A stretch of DNA of 64,000 nt from Candidatus Dormiibacterota bacterium. Lineage in GTDB: Bacteria; Chloroflexota; Dormibacteria; Aeolococcales; Aeolococcaceae. Of this stretch, positions 10,643 through 20,111 are shown piece after piece. Location: assembly GCA_963718525.1 (NCBI GenBank), contig OY970355.1:1312001-1376000 (forward strand). The letters are read 5' to 3'. A program made the position numbers and the translations under genes. Numbering within the stretch: the stretch's first letter is position 1; every line of letters starts with the position of its first letter. The notes beneath the pieces were generated by a model, which searched no databases, was not told where the DNA came from, and saw only the letters and a program-made list of their open reading frames with translations.

Positions 10643-11827
10643 GTGCGAGTGAACTTCGATCTCAGTGACGAGCAGCGTCACATTCGCGACGTGGTGCGCG
10701 ACTTCGCCCAGGCGGAGATCGCGCCTGCGGCAGCCCACTACGACGAGACGGGCGAGTTTCCGTACGAGCTCGTCGCGGGGATGGCCCGGCTCGGGCTGTT
10801 CGCGCTGCCCTTCCCTGTCGAGCTCGGGGGCGCCGGCGGCGATTTCATCTCGTACTGCCTCGCCATGGAGGAGATCGCGCGGGCCGACGCGAGCTGCGCC
10901 ATCACGCTCGAGGCAGCCGTTTCGCTGGGAATCTCGCCGCTGGTGAAATTCGGCTCGCGGGAACAGCAGCAGCGCTGGCTCGAGCCCCTGATGGCCGGCG
11001 AACGTCTCTGGGCCTTCGGGCTCACCGAGCCCGATGCCGGATCGGATGCCGCCGCCACCCAGACGCGCGCAGTCCGCGACGGCGATGAATGGGTCATCAA
11101 CGGCCGCAAGGCGTTCATCACCAACGCGGGCACCGACATCAGCGCGGGGGTGACCATCACCGCGGTCACCGGCTCGCACAACGGCCACAAACAGATCAGC
11201 ACGATCGCCGTGGAGCAGGGGACCCCCGGGTACTCGCAGGCTCCCAAATACCGCAAGCTCGGATGGCACGCATCCGACACGCGAGAGCTGATCTTCGAGG
11301 ATTGCCATGTGCCGATCGGCAACGTCGTCGGGTCGCCGGGTCAGGGACTGACTCAATTCCTGCAGATACTCGAGGGCGGTCGCGTCGCGATCGCGGCACT
11401 CTCCGTGGGGGTCGCTCAGGCGTGTCTCGATGCCTCGCTCGCGTACTCCGCGGCGCGGCGCCAGTTCGGAGTTCCGATCGCCACCTTCCAGGCCACCCAA
11501 TTCAAGCTTGCCGACATGGGAACGCAGATCGAGCTGGCGCGGTTGATGACATGGCGGGCCGCCGCCGCGATCGACGCGGGTAAGAGCGCCGCACCCTGGG
11601 CGTCGATGGCGAAGCTGCACGCGTCCGAGGTCGCGACGGCGTGCGCAAACCAGGCTGTGCAGATCCACGGGGGCATGGGATTCATGGAGGAGACGCCGGT
11701 GGCGCGCCTCTATCGCGACGTCAAGATCAATGAGATCGGTGAGGGAACAAGCGAGGTGCAGCGCATCCTGATCGCCCGTCACCTGCTGCGTCCCTTCGAG
11801 GTGCTGGAGGCAGACCGTGCCAACTGA
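10643..11827 (+). CDS. acyl-CoA dehydrogenase (short/branched-chain type)
   Basis: LTEPDAGSD, NGRKAFITN, RRQFG, QIHGGMG and EIGEGTSE. Start is GTG 10643 or 10649. Confidence 0.92.
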   Translation: MRVNFDLSDEQRHIRDVVRDFAQAEIAPAAAHYDETGEFPYELVAGMARLGLFALPFPVELGGAGGDFISYCLAMEEIARADASCAITLEAAVSLGISPLVKFGSREQQQRWLEPLMAGERLWAFGLTEPDAGSDAAATQTRAVRDGDEWVINGRKAFITNAGTDISAGVTITAVTGSHNGHKQISTIAVEQGTPGYSQAPKYRKLGWHASDTRELIFEDCHVPIGNVVGSPGQGLTQFLQILEGGRVAIAALSVGVAQACLDASLAYSAARRQFGVPIATFQATQFKLADMGTQIELARLMTWRAAAAIDAGKSAAPWASMAKLHASEVATACANQAVQIHGGMGFMEETPVARLYRDVKINEIGEGTSEVQRILIARHLLRPFEVLEADRAN

Positions 11828-12992
11828 TCCCGTCATCGTCGCTGCGGCGCGGACCCCCTTCGGCAAGCTCGGCGGGCGGCTCGCCTCGGTGCCTGCGGTC
11901 GACCTGGGTGCGCGAGTGATTCGTGAGGTGCTCGAGCGCACCGGCACCGATCCCGCTGAGGTCGATCAGCTGATCATGGGGATGGTGCTCGCGGCCGGAC
12001 AGGGGCAGGTGCCATCGCGCCAGGCCGGGTTGCGCGCCGGCCTCCCTGCGAGCGTCTCGTCGTTCACCGTCAACAAGGTCTGCGCGAGCGCGCTGAAGGC
12101 CGTGAACCTCGGCGCGATGCTGATCCGCTCCGGCGAGGCGGACGTCGTCGTCGCGGGCGGCATGGAGTCGATGTCGCGGTCTCCATACCTGCTCGAAGAT
12201 CAGCGGTTCGGCAGCCGTTTCGGCGATCGCGTGGCGGTCGACAGCATGATCCGTGACGGGCTGTGCTGCCCGGTGGACGGGGTGCTCATGGGTGTCCACG
12301 GGAGTGATGTCGCGTCCGAGCTCGGGGTCCGGCGCGAGGAGCAGGATGCCTGGGCGCTGCGCTCTCAGGTGCGCTACCAGGAGGCGCTCGCGGCAGGGAA
12401 GTTTGCGGAGGAGATCGTGCCGGTGAGTGTCAACGGCTCGAGCGTCGGCGGGGACGAGCAGCCGCGGGCGGACACGACCATCGAGAAGCTCGCCGCCCTG
12501 CGAGGCGCCTTCGGTGACGGCACCACCATCACCGCCGGTAACGCGCCAGGGATGAATGACGGCGCCACAGCGGTGCTCCTGATGAGCGCTGAACGGGCGC
12601 GCGCCGAAGGGCTCGTGCCGCTTGGAACCTGGCTGACGTACGGAGAGTCGGCCGCTGAGCATCCGTACCTGGCGACGGTGCCGGCGCTCGCCATCGAGGC
12701 GGCCCTCGCCAAATCCCGTGGGGAGGTCGACGCCGGCAAGCTCGAGGTGGTCGAGATCAATGAGGCGTTCGCGGCCGTTGCGATCACGAGCACGCGGATG
12801 CTCGAAGTGGATCCGGACCGCGTCAATGTCAACGGCGGCGCGATTGCGGTCGGACACCCGATCGGCGCCAGCGGAGCGCGAATTCTCATGACGCTGCTCT
12901 ACGAGCTGCGACGCCGCGGCGGGGGCTACGGGGCGGCCGGGATCTGCAGCGGCGTCGCGCAGGGCGAGGCCACCCTCGTCCGTGTCGACTGA
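11817..12992 (+). CDS. acetyl-CoA C-acyltransferase (thiolase)
   Basis: NKVCAS catalytic Cys, GGMESMS, NEAFA, GHPIGASG and C-terminal ICSG. Confidence 0.93.
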   Translation: MPTDPVIVAAARTPFGKLGGRLASVPAVDLGARVIREVLERTGTDPAEVDQLIMGMVLAAGQGQVPSRQAGLRAGLPASVSSFTVNKVCASALKAVNLGAMLIRSGEADVVVAGGMESMSRSPYLLEDQRFGSRFGDRVAVDSMIRDGLCCPVDGVLMGVHGSDVASELGVRREEQDAWALRSQVRYQEALAAGKFAEEIVPVSVNGSSVGGDEQPRADTTIEKLAALRGAFGDGTTITAGNAPGMNDGATAVLLMSAERARAEGLVPLGTWLTYGESAAEHPYLATVPALAIEAALAKSRGEVDAGKLEVVEINEAFAAVAITSTRMLEVDPDRVNVNGGAIAVGHPIGASGARILMTLLYELRRRGGGYGAAGICSGVAQGEATLVRVD

Positions 12993-14100
12993 CATCGGCG
13001 ACCGCGAGCTCGCCGCCCGCATCGCGAGGTTCGTCGACGACGCCATCGCGCCGATGGCCCCCGCCATGGCTCGCGGCGAAGGTCCGCCACCGAAGGGGAT
13101 TGTCGAAGCAGCGGGCGAAGCCGGTCTCGCCGGCATCCTGACCCCGGAGCGCTTCGGCGGCGCGGGCGGGACTCACGGTGACTTCGTCCGGTTGGTGGAG
13201 GCGGTCGCCCGCGTCGACGCCAGCTGTGCCGTGATCCTCGACGTGCACCTCTCGGTCGGAACCGAGCCGCTCCTCGTTTTTGGCGATGATGATCAGAAGT
13301 CGCGGTACCTCGGCAAGCTTGCTCGCGGCGAGTGGCTCGCGGCCTTTGCGCTGACGGAGGCTGCCGGCGGCAGCGACGCCCTCGCGATGCGCACGCACGC
13401 CGCGCGAGACGGCGACGCCTACGTTCTCGACGGTGTAAAGGCCTTCATCACCGGAGCAGGCGATGCCGATCTCTACATCGTGATGGCGCGCACCGGCGAG
13501 GGCTCACACGGTGTGAGCGCCTTCCTGGTCGAGGCGGCATGGCCGGGTGTCAGCGCCGGGACACCGCTCCGCAAGATGGGTCTCCACGGTTCATGGACCG
13601 CGGAGCTGGTGCTGGATGGCGTGCGCGTTCCGGCCGCCAACCGCCTCGGCGCGGACGGCACCGGCTTCACCGTCGCGATGTCCGCGCTGGACAGCGGGAG
13701 GGTGGGTATCTCGGCACAGGCGGTCGGCATCGCGCAGGGGGCGCTCGATGCCGCTGTCGCCGCCTCGCGCCATCGCCGGGACGCTGGGCTGGATGTCAAC
13801 ACCACTGCGCTGGCTGACATGGACGCTCGCACTGCGGCTGCTCGCCAGCTGACCTGCTACGCGGCAGCCCTGGTGGACGCGGGCCAGCGTGTCACGCTCG
13901 ACGCCGCGATCGCCAAGCTGTACGCCACCGACACCTGCGTCGCGGTGGCGCAGTCCGCCGTGGACGTGTGCGCCCCGGAATCCGGGTTCGACGACCATCC
14001 GGCCGCGATCCGCTTCCGCGACGCCAAGGCATGCCAGATCTATGAAGGCACGAACCAGATCCAGCGCGTGGTCATCGCCCGTCACCTGCTCGGCGACTGA
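12982..14100 (+). CDS. acyl-CoA dehydrogenase family protein with degenerate C-terminal FAD-binding motifs
   Basis: LTEAAGGSD, KAFIT, KMGL, LDSGR and QIYEGTNQIQR are present. RxQFG and QxxGGxG are absent. Confidence 0.85.
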   Translation: MSTDIGDRELAARIARFVDDAIAPMAPAMARGEGPPPKGIVEAAGEAGLAGILTPERFGGAGGTHGDFVRLVEAVARVDASCAVILDVHLSVGTEPLLVFGDDDQKSRYLGKLARGEWLAAFALTEAAGGSDALAMRTHAARDGDAYVLDGVKAFITGAGDADLYIVMARTGEGSHGVSAFLVEAAWPGVSAGTPLRKMGLHGSWTAELVLDGVRVPAANRLGADGTGFTVAMSALDSGRVGISAQAVGIAQGALDAAVAASRHRRDAGLDVNTTALADMDARTAAARQLTCYAAALVDAGQRVTLDAAIAKLYATDTCVAVAQSAVDVCAPESGFDDHPAAIRFRDAKACQIYEGTNQIQRVVIARHLLGD

Positions 14101-14141
14101 CGCCTGCGACTCGCCAGTGGTGGCTTGGTAGCATCACCGGG

Positions 14142-15290
14142 ATGGACGTCCGTCTCAACGACGAGCAGACGATGATCCGCGATACGGTGCGCGACATCGC
14201 TCGCGAGCGCATCGCGCCCCGTGCGGCGGAGATCGATCGCACCGGCGAATTCCCATGGGACGTGGTGGATCTCTTTCGCACGCACGATCTCTTCGCGCTG
14301 CCGTTTCCACCTGACTACGGTGGGCTCTCGGGGAGTGCGCTGACGCTGAACGTCGCCATCGAGGAGATCGCCAAAGTCTGCGCGACCAGCGCGTTGATAC
14401 TCGTCGTTCAGGGGCTCGGCGGCTATCCGCTGATGATCGCCGGGACCGAGGAGCAGAAATCACGGCTGCTTCCCGAGCTTGCGAGCGGTGCCAAGCTCAG
14501 CGCGTACGCGCTCAGCGAGCCCGGCGCCGGCAGCGATCCTGCCGGCATGCAGACTCGCGCCGAGCGACACGGTGACGAGTACGTCATCACCGGTAGCAAG
14601 CTCTGGATCACAGAAGGCGGCGTCGCCGACACCATCACCGTCTTCGCCAAGACCGACCCGAGCCAGCGCGCACAAGGGGTGAGCGCGTTCGTGCTCGAGG
14701 ATGCGCAACACCTCAAGGGGTTCACAGCGAACACTATCCACGGCAAGCTCGGTATTCGGGGCAGCAATACCGCGGAACTGCAGCTCGATGAGGTGGTGGT
14801 CCCCGCCGCGAACCGCCTCGGCGAGGAGGGCGACGGCTTCCGGATCGCGATGCAGGTGCTCGATCGTTCGCGGCCGGGCGTCGCCGCGCAGGCTCTGGGA
14901 ATCGCGCAGGGAGCCCTCGACTACGCTGTCGGGTATGCCAAGGAGCGCAAACAATTCGGCAAGACGATCGCCGAATTCCAGGGAGTCCAGTTCATGGTTG
15001 CGGACATGGAAGCCCAGACCGCGGCGGCTCGGGCGATGGTCTATTGGGCGTCACAGCTCATCGACGACAAGAGCGCGGACGTCGGTCATTTCGCCGCGAT
15101 CGCGAAGCTGCTCGCGGCAGACACTGCGATGAAGGTGACCACGGACGCCGTCCAGATCCTCGGTGGCTATGGGTACGTGAACGAGTATCCGGTCGAACGG
15201 ATGATGCGTGACGCCAAGATCACGCAGATCTATGAGGGAACCAGCCAGATCCAGCGCGTCGTGATCGCCAGGGACCTGTTACGCGGGTAG
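14142..15290 (+). CDS. acyl-CoA dehydrogenase (butyryl-CoA dehydrogenase-like)
   Basis: LSEPGAGSD, KLGIRGS, RKQFG, QILGGYGY and QIYEGTSQIQR. Confidence 0.93.
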   Translation: MDVRLNDEQTMIRDTVRDIARERIAPRAAEIDRTGEFPWDVVDLFRTHDLFALPFPPDYGGLSGSALTLNVAIEEIAKVCATSALILVVQGLGGYPLMIAGTEEQKSRLLPELASGAKLSAYALSEPGAGSDPAGMQTRAERHGDEYVITGSKLWITEGGVADTITVFAKTDPSQRAQGVSAFVLEDAQHLKGFTANTIHGKLGIRGSNTAELQLDEVVVPAANRLGEEGDGFRIAMQVLDRSRPGVAAQALGIAQGALDYAVGYAKERKQFGKTIAEFQGVQFMVADMEAQTAAARAMVYWASQLIDDKSADVGHFAAIAKLLAADTAMKVTTDAVQILGGYGYVNEYPVERMMRDAKITQIYEGTSQIQRVVIARDLLRG

Positions 15291-15301
15291 GCGAGCGCGA
15301 A

Positions 15302-16267
15302 CTACATCGTCAGGACGACTTTTCCACGCGCCTGTCGCCGACCGAGGAGGTTGAGCGCCGCGGGCGCCTCCTCGAGGGGATAGGTCGCTCCGACGATCGG
15401 GGCAACGACACCCGCCTCGATCATGGCGTTGAGCGCCCGTTGGGTGTCGGCGAACAGCGAAGGCTGGACACCGAGAAAGGCACCCCATGCGGCGCCGACG
15501 ATGTCGATGTTGCGCAGCAGCACCCGATTCATCTGCAGATTGGGAATGCGCCCCTCGGTGAATCCGACGACGATCAGGCGTCCCTCTGGTGCCAGACAGC
15601 GAACGCTCTGGTCGAAGCGCTCGCCGCCAACCGGGTCGAGGATCGCGTCGACACCGAGTCCATCGTTCTGAGCACGCAGGGCGGCGACCCAGTCCTCTTC
15701 GGCGTCGAGGACATGGTGGGCGCCCGCCCGTTCGGCGATGTGCATCTTGTCGGGGCCGGCCGCGATCGCGATCACCTCAGCGCCGATTCCCCTCCCCACC
15801 TGGATGGCGGCCGTGCCGACGCCTCCAGCGGCGCCGTGGATGGCGATCCGATCGCCGGGCCGGATCCGGCCTCTGCGTGCCAATGCGAAATACGCGGTGT
15901 GGTAATTCATGATGAATCCCGACGCCGACTCGACACTCAATCCGTCCGGGATTGCCAGGGTGAGCGCCGGTTCGGCCAGCGCCACATCCGCGAAGCCGCC
16001 GAGCACCGTGAACGCCATGACCCGGTCCCCGGCGACGAATCCCGACCCCTCGGGCGCTGAGCGCACGCGCCCGGCCACCTCGACGCCCGGCACGAAGGGC
16101 AGCGGCGGCTTCATCTGGTATTCGCCCCGAGTGAGCAGCAGATCGGGGAAGCTCACGCCCGCGGCGGCAACTTCGATGACGACACGCGTCATGTCCTCCG
16201 GCTCGTCGACCTCGACCAGGTGAAGTCCGGACGGGCCTTCGAGGCCCTGAAGCTGTTGAGCGCGCAT
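15302..16267 (-). CDS. NADPH:quinone oxidoreductase (MDR family)
   Basis: PFVPGVEVAG, HGAAGGVG, DPVGG and GKVVL. GGAGG RBS upstream of ATG 16267. Confidence 0.88.
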   Translation of the reverse strand: MRAQQLQGLEGPSGLHLVEVDEPEDMTRVVIEVAAAGVSFPDLLLTRGEYQMKPPLPFVPGVEVAGRVRSAPEGSGFVAGDRVMAFTVLGGFADVALAEPALTLAIPDGLSVESASGFIMNYHTAYFALARRGRIRPGDRIAIHGAAGGVGTAAIQVGRGIGAEVIAIAAGPDKMHIAERAGAHHVLDAEEDWVAALRAQNDGLGVDAILDPVGGERFDQSVRCLAPEGRLIVVGFTEGRIPNLQMNRVLLRNIDIVGAAWGAFLGVQPSLFADTQRALNAMIEAGVVAPIVGATYPLEEAPAALNLLGRRQARGKVVLTM

Positions 16268-16475
16268 CCAATTCCTCCGTCCCGATGCTGGCCGCTGATG
16301 ATGCCACGTCGGCTCCTGATCAGCCGACCCTGGGGTACCCTGTCGTTCGCGGCGGGTAACCGGGGAGTTGACACGACCGTTCCCCTCAAGGAAGCCCATC
16401 GTGGCGCGCCGGCCCCGCAGCATTCCTGCGGCGGTCAGTACACCCGTTTGCAGAGTCGAGAGCAACACCTCAACC

Positions 16476-17957
16476 ATGGCAACGATCAGCAGATCATCAG
16501 TCCGTCGCAGGCGCCGGTCGCGGTACAACGTTGTACCCGGCTGGATCACACGGAAGCGCGCGATCGTGTCGGTCGTCGTGATGTTCTCGCTGCTGCTCGT
16601 CGCCGGCGGGGTCTACGGTGTGCGGCTCTCGCTCGCGCTGGCCAAGACCTTCCACACCAACCCGATCAGCGCGGTGATCGGCGCGCTGCACGGGGGGAGC
16701 GGCTCGGCAGTTGCTCAGGAGAGCCAGCACTACCAGCGAATCAACATCGTGCTCTACGGGTATGGCGGCACGCAGCACTCCGGCGCATTCCTCACCGATT
16801 CGATCATGGTCATCTCGATCCAGCCAATTCAGGGCCACCCGCCCCAGATCGCTGAGATCTCGATCCCGCGCGACTGGTTTGTGACCATCCCTCTGCGCAA
16901 TGGCCGGTCGACCCAGGACCGGATCAACTTTGCATATGCGGCCGGGATGCTCGGGGAAGGACCGCAGCCGGCGAGCGCGGTGGATGCGGGAGCGGCCGTT
17001 GCCGATCCACTGATCGCCCACCTGCTCGGCATCGGCATCAACTACTTCGTCGGCGTCGACTTCAACGCATTCAAGCAGGCCGTCGACGCCGTGGGTGGGA
17101 TCAACGTCAACGTCACGGCTGGGTTCACGGATCACCTGTACCCCGCCGGCGAATGTGACCTCGGCAACTGCGGCTACGAGACCGTGCATTTCAACGCGGG
17201 CATGCAGCATATGAATGGAGCGACAGCCCTCATCTACGCCCGGTCGCGCCACGGCAACAACGGGCAGGGATCTGACTTTGCCCGTAGCCGCCGCCAGCAG
17301 CAGATCATCGTCGCGCTCAGGTCGCAGATCGAGAGCCTCGGCGGTTTCGGCAAGCTGCCGGACGTGATCAACGCACTCGGCGACAACGTGCTCACCAACC
17401 TGACGATCGGCGACGCTGAATCGCTCTACGGACTGGTGAACGGGGTCAATCCCGCGAGCATCGAACACATCAGCATCGACGACACCAACTTCCTCTACGA
17501 CTGCGGGTATCCGTATCGATGCGGCGGTTACTACCTCTACGCCAACGACAAGAGCTTCACGTCGCTCTCGCACTTCGTCCAGGACGTCTTCCCCCCACAG
17601 GCGGCGCTCGCTGAGGGCGCGCAGGTCACGTTCGTCAACGCAAGTGGCCGGAACAACAATGCAACCACGCGCTGGGCGTCGCTGATGAACATGGTGGGTT
17701 TCGCGACCAAGGCCGGGGGCAAGGCGCCCACCCAGGTCGTGACCCAGGTGATCGACAACAGCGGCGGTAAGGGCGCGGTCGCTGCGCAATGGCTGGCCGC
17801 GTACTTCGGCGTCAGCGTGACCACCGAGCCGGCCCCGACGGCTGTGGCGACCACGCCGCCGGCCACGCCCGCGGCCGTCGCCCCCGGTGGTGTGACCGTC
17901 ATACTCGGCAGCGCCGAAGAGCAAGCGTTCCTCGGTGACCCCGGAGTTGGTCAATAG
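16476..17957 (+). CDS. LCP (LytR-CpsA-Psr) family protein with a C-terminal LytR_C-like domain
   Basis: Basic N-tail plus a single TM, then LTDSIMV, SIPRD, RINFAY, VDAVGGI, YARSRH and SDFARSRRQQ. Confidence 0.88.
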   Translation: MATISRSSVRRRRRSRYNVVPGWITRKRAIVSVVVMFSLLLVAGGVYGVRLSLALAKTFHTNPISAVIGALHGGSGSAVAQESQHYQRINIVLYGYGGTQHSGAFLTDSIMVISIQPIQGHPPQIAEISIPRDWFVTIPLRNGRSTQDRINFAYAAGMLGEGPQPASAVDAGAAVADPLIAHLLGIGINYFVGVDFNAFKQAVDAVGGINVNVTAGFTDHLYPAGECDLGNCGYETVHFNAGMQHMNGATALIYARSRHGNNGQGSDFARSRRQQQIIVALRSQIESLGGFGKLPDVINALGDNVLTNLTIGDAESLYGLVNGVNPASIEHISIDDTNFLYDCGYPYRCGGYYLYANDKSFTSLSHFVQDVFPPQAALAEGAQVTFVNASGRNNNATTRWASLMNMVGFATKAGGKAPTQVVTQVIDNSGGKGAVAAQWLAAYFGVSVTTEPAPTAVATTPPATPAAVAPGGVTVILGSAEEQAFLGDPGVGQ

Positions 17958-17979
17958 CCCCGCACACAGTAGGCGAAGA

Positions 17980-19020
17980 GTGGGACAGAGGATTGCCGTC
18001 CTCACGGGCGGCGGTGACGCACCAGGCCTCAACGCGGCAATCCGCGCCATCGGCAGAAAGGCGCTGGCTGCCGGTGACACATTGTTCGGGGTCCGCAACG
18101 GCTGGGCCGGGTTGGTGGGCGACGGCGACGTGATCCCTCTGGAGCGCTCGAGACTCTCTGGCATCCTGCAGCTCGGCGGCACGATGCTCGGCAGCTCGCG
18201 GGTGAACCCGTTGAAGCTCGACCATGGCGTCGAGGAGGTCCTGCATAACATCGAGCGTCTGCGTCTCGACGCGCTCGTGGCCATCGGTGGCGATGACACG
18301 CTCAGCGTCGCCGCGCGATTGGCCGAACAACGTTCGCGGGTGGTGGGCGTGCCCAAGACCATGGACAACGACCTGAGCGTCACCGACTACTGCATCGGCT
18401 TCGACAGCGCCGTGAGCGTGGTCACCGAAGCGCTCGACCGTCTGCACACGACGGCCACATCGCATCACCGGGTGATGGTCTGTGAGGTCATGGGTCGCGA
18501 TACCGGCTGGGTCGCGGTGATGGGTGGGCTCGCGGGGGGTGCGGACATGATCATCATCCCCGAGTTCAGCATCACCGTCGACGAGGTCGTTGCGCATCTC
18601 GAAGTGCGCAGGAGCGCCGGCAGCGACTTCAGCATCATCGTCGTTGCCGAGGGCGTCGAGATGGACGGGTTGCAATCCAAGGACCAGGCGGACGGTGCTC
18701 GGGATGCGTTCGGTCACGTGCAACTCTCACGTCGCGGCGTCGGCGAGAATCTCGCCCGGATCATCGAGGAGCGCACCGGGCACGAAACTCGCGCCACGGT
18801 GCTCGGGCACATCCAGCGTGGCGGGTCGCCGACAGCGTATGACCGCATCTGGGCGACGCGCGTCGGGGCCAAGGCGTACGACCTTGTTGTCGACGGACTC
18901 TTCGGCGAGATGCCTGTCGTGACCAGCGGGACCGTCGACGTCGCGAGCATTGCCGACGTGGTCGCCGAGCAGCGACGCGTCCCGCGCGAGCTGTACGAGC
19001 TCGCCCAGGTTTTCTACTAG
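17980..19020 (+). CDS. pfkA: 6-phosphofructokinase, PfkA family group III (probably PPi-dependent)
   Basis: TGGGDAPGLN, GGDDT, PKTMDND, EVMGRDTGW, VAEG and LGHIQRGG. Confidence 0.92.
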   Translation: MGQRIAVLTGGGDAPGLNAAIRAIGRKALAAGDTLFGVRNGWAGLVGDGDVIPLERSRLSGILQLGGTMLGSSRVNPLKLDHGVEEVLHNIERLRLDALVAIGGDDTLSVAARLAEQRSRVVGVPKTMDNDLSVTDYCIGFDSAVSVVTEALDRLHTTATSHHRVMVCEVMGRDTGWVAVMGGLAGGADMIIIPEFSITVDEVVAHLEVRRSAGSDFSIIVVAEGVEMDGLQSKDQADGARDAFGHVQLSRRGVGENLARIIEERTGHETRATVLGHIQRGGSPTAYDRIWATRVGAKAYDLVVDGLFGEMPVVTSGTVDVASIADVVAEQRRVPRELYELAQVFY

Positions 19021-19032
19021 CCCCGAAGCACG

Positions 19033-20100
19033 CTAGCGGGACATCACGGGCACGCTGTTCAGCGGTGACCAGCTCGGCGGCGAGGTTGCTGTGAAATCGA
19101 GGTTGGTGGTGACCTGCAACGGCGGCGACGGCGCCGCGGTGAGCGCCCCCTTGATCCACCAGAGCTCGAAATGACCCGTTGCGTCGGCGGTGTTGTAGTA
19201 CACGAGACCGCTCCCGTCGGGAGCCCAGACCGGCGATGCGCACAGGCAGTTGTTGACCACCGTTTGGGGAATCCCCAGCTTCCCGCCGGTGAGCGTCGCC
19301 ACCTCGAGTCTCGTGCTCTGCAAACCCGTTTCCCCGATGCAGATCATCGCGAGCTTGGTGCCGTCAGGTGACAGCGCCGGCTGGCCGCAGTCCTGGGCGG
19401 CTGTCGTGAGCACGGTCGGCCTGACGAGCGGCTTCGGCTGTATCACGATCTCCGAGTAGGCGTTGCCGCCGCTGATCGCGTACTTCGAATACATGACGGC
19501 GCCCCCGGCCATGGGTGTCGGCTCGACGTCGCCACCCGTGAAGGGATTGGAATTGCTGAGCAGGGTGGCGGCGAGCTTTCCATTCAGCGTCCCGGACCAT
19601 ATCGAGAGGTCGACGGCGAGCTGCGACGAGTCCTTTGGCTGGTCGTAGCTGAAGTAGATGGTGTTGCCGTCAGCGCCCATGTGCGGATAGAACATCCAGT
19701 GATTGAGGTACACGGTGTCGAGATGCACGTTGGCGTTGTTGCTGAGCCGGCGGATGATCGACCCCTGGCTGTTCAGCACATAGAGGTTCGAGTATTCCGC
19801 GGCGCGAACCACCGCCACGATGTCCTGGGAGTTCGGCACATATGCGGGTTGCATCCATGACCCCAACGCCGCGGGCAGGTGCAGATCAGTGAAGTACCCA
19901 TCACTGAGCCGGTAGATGTCCCCGTTCTGCGCCAGGTACAGCGTCCCCGGCAGCACGATCTTGGGTCGCGTCGCGGTGGGAATGAACACGCTCGACTCGC
20001 TCGGGATCTTGTGCTTCCGCGACGCGATCAGGCGGTTCACGCCGAAACCGAAGCCTCCCATGAGCGCGAGCAGCAGGATGACCGTGATCGACCGTCTCAT
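19033..20100 (-). CDS. membrane-anchored TolB-like/PD40 beta-propeller protein
   Basis: N-terminal TM and repeated PALSPDG / PVWAPDG / PSWSP motifs. GAGGGAG RBS before ATG 20100. Confidence 0.7.
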   Translation of the reverse strand: MRRSITVILLLALMGGFGFGVNRLIASRKHKIPSESSVFIPTATRPKIVLPGTLYLAQNGDIYRLSDGYFTDLHLPAALGSWMQPAYVPNSQDIVAVVRAAEYSNLYVLNSQGSIIRRLSNNANVHLDTVYLNHWMFYPHMGADGNTIYFSYDQPKDSSQLAVDLSIWSGTLNGKLAATLLSNSNPFTGGDVEPTPMAGGAVMYSKYAISGGNAYSEIVIQPKPLVRPTVLTTAAQDCGQPALSPDGTKLAMICIGETGLQSTRLEVATLTGGKLGIPQTVVNNCLCASPVWAPDGSGLVYYNTADATGHFELWWIKGALTAAPSPPLQVTTNLDFTATSPPSWSPLNSVPVMSR

Positions 20101-20111
20101 CGTGGACTCCC

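Noticed and set aside
11771-14091. 17-nt identity ATCGCCCGTCACCTGCT at the 3' ends of two ACAD genes
   Set aside because: It is explained by the conserved IARHLL C-terminal peptide of paralogues under strong codon bias.
16270-16475. Hairpins in the divergent qor/LCP intergenic region as a possible riboswitch (e.g. c-di-AMP or c-di-GMP)
   Set aside because: Short GC stems are present (GTCGGCT/AGCCGAC, CCGCAG/CTGCGG), but I could not match any riboswitch consensus. An Rfam scan would be needed.
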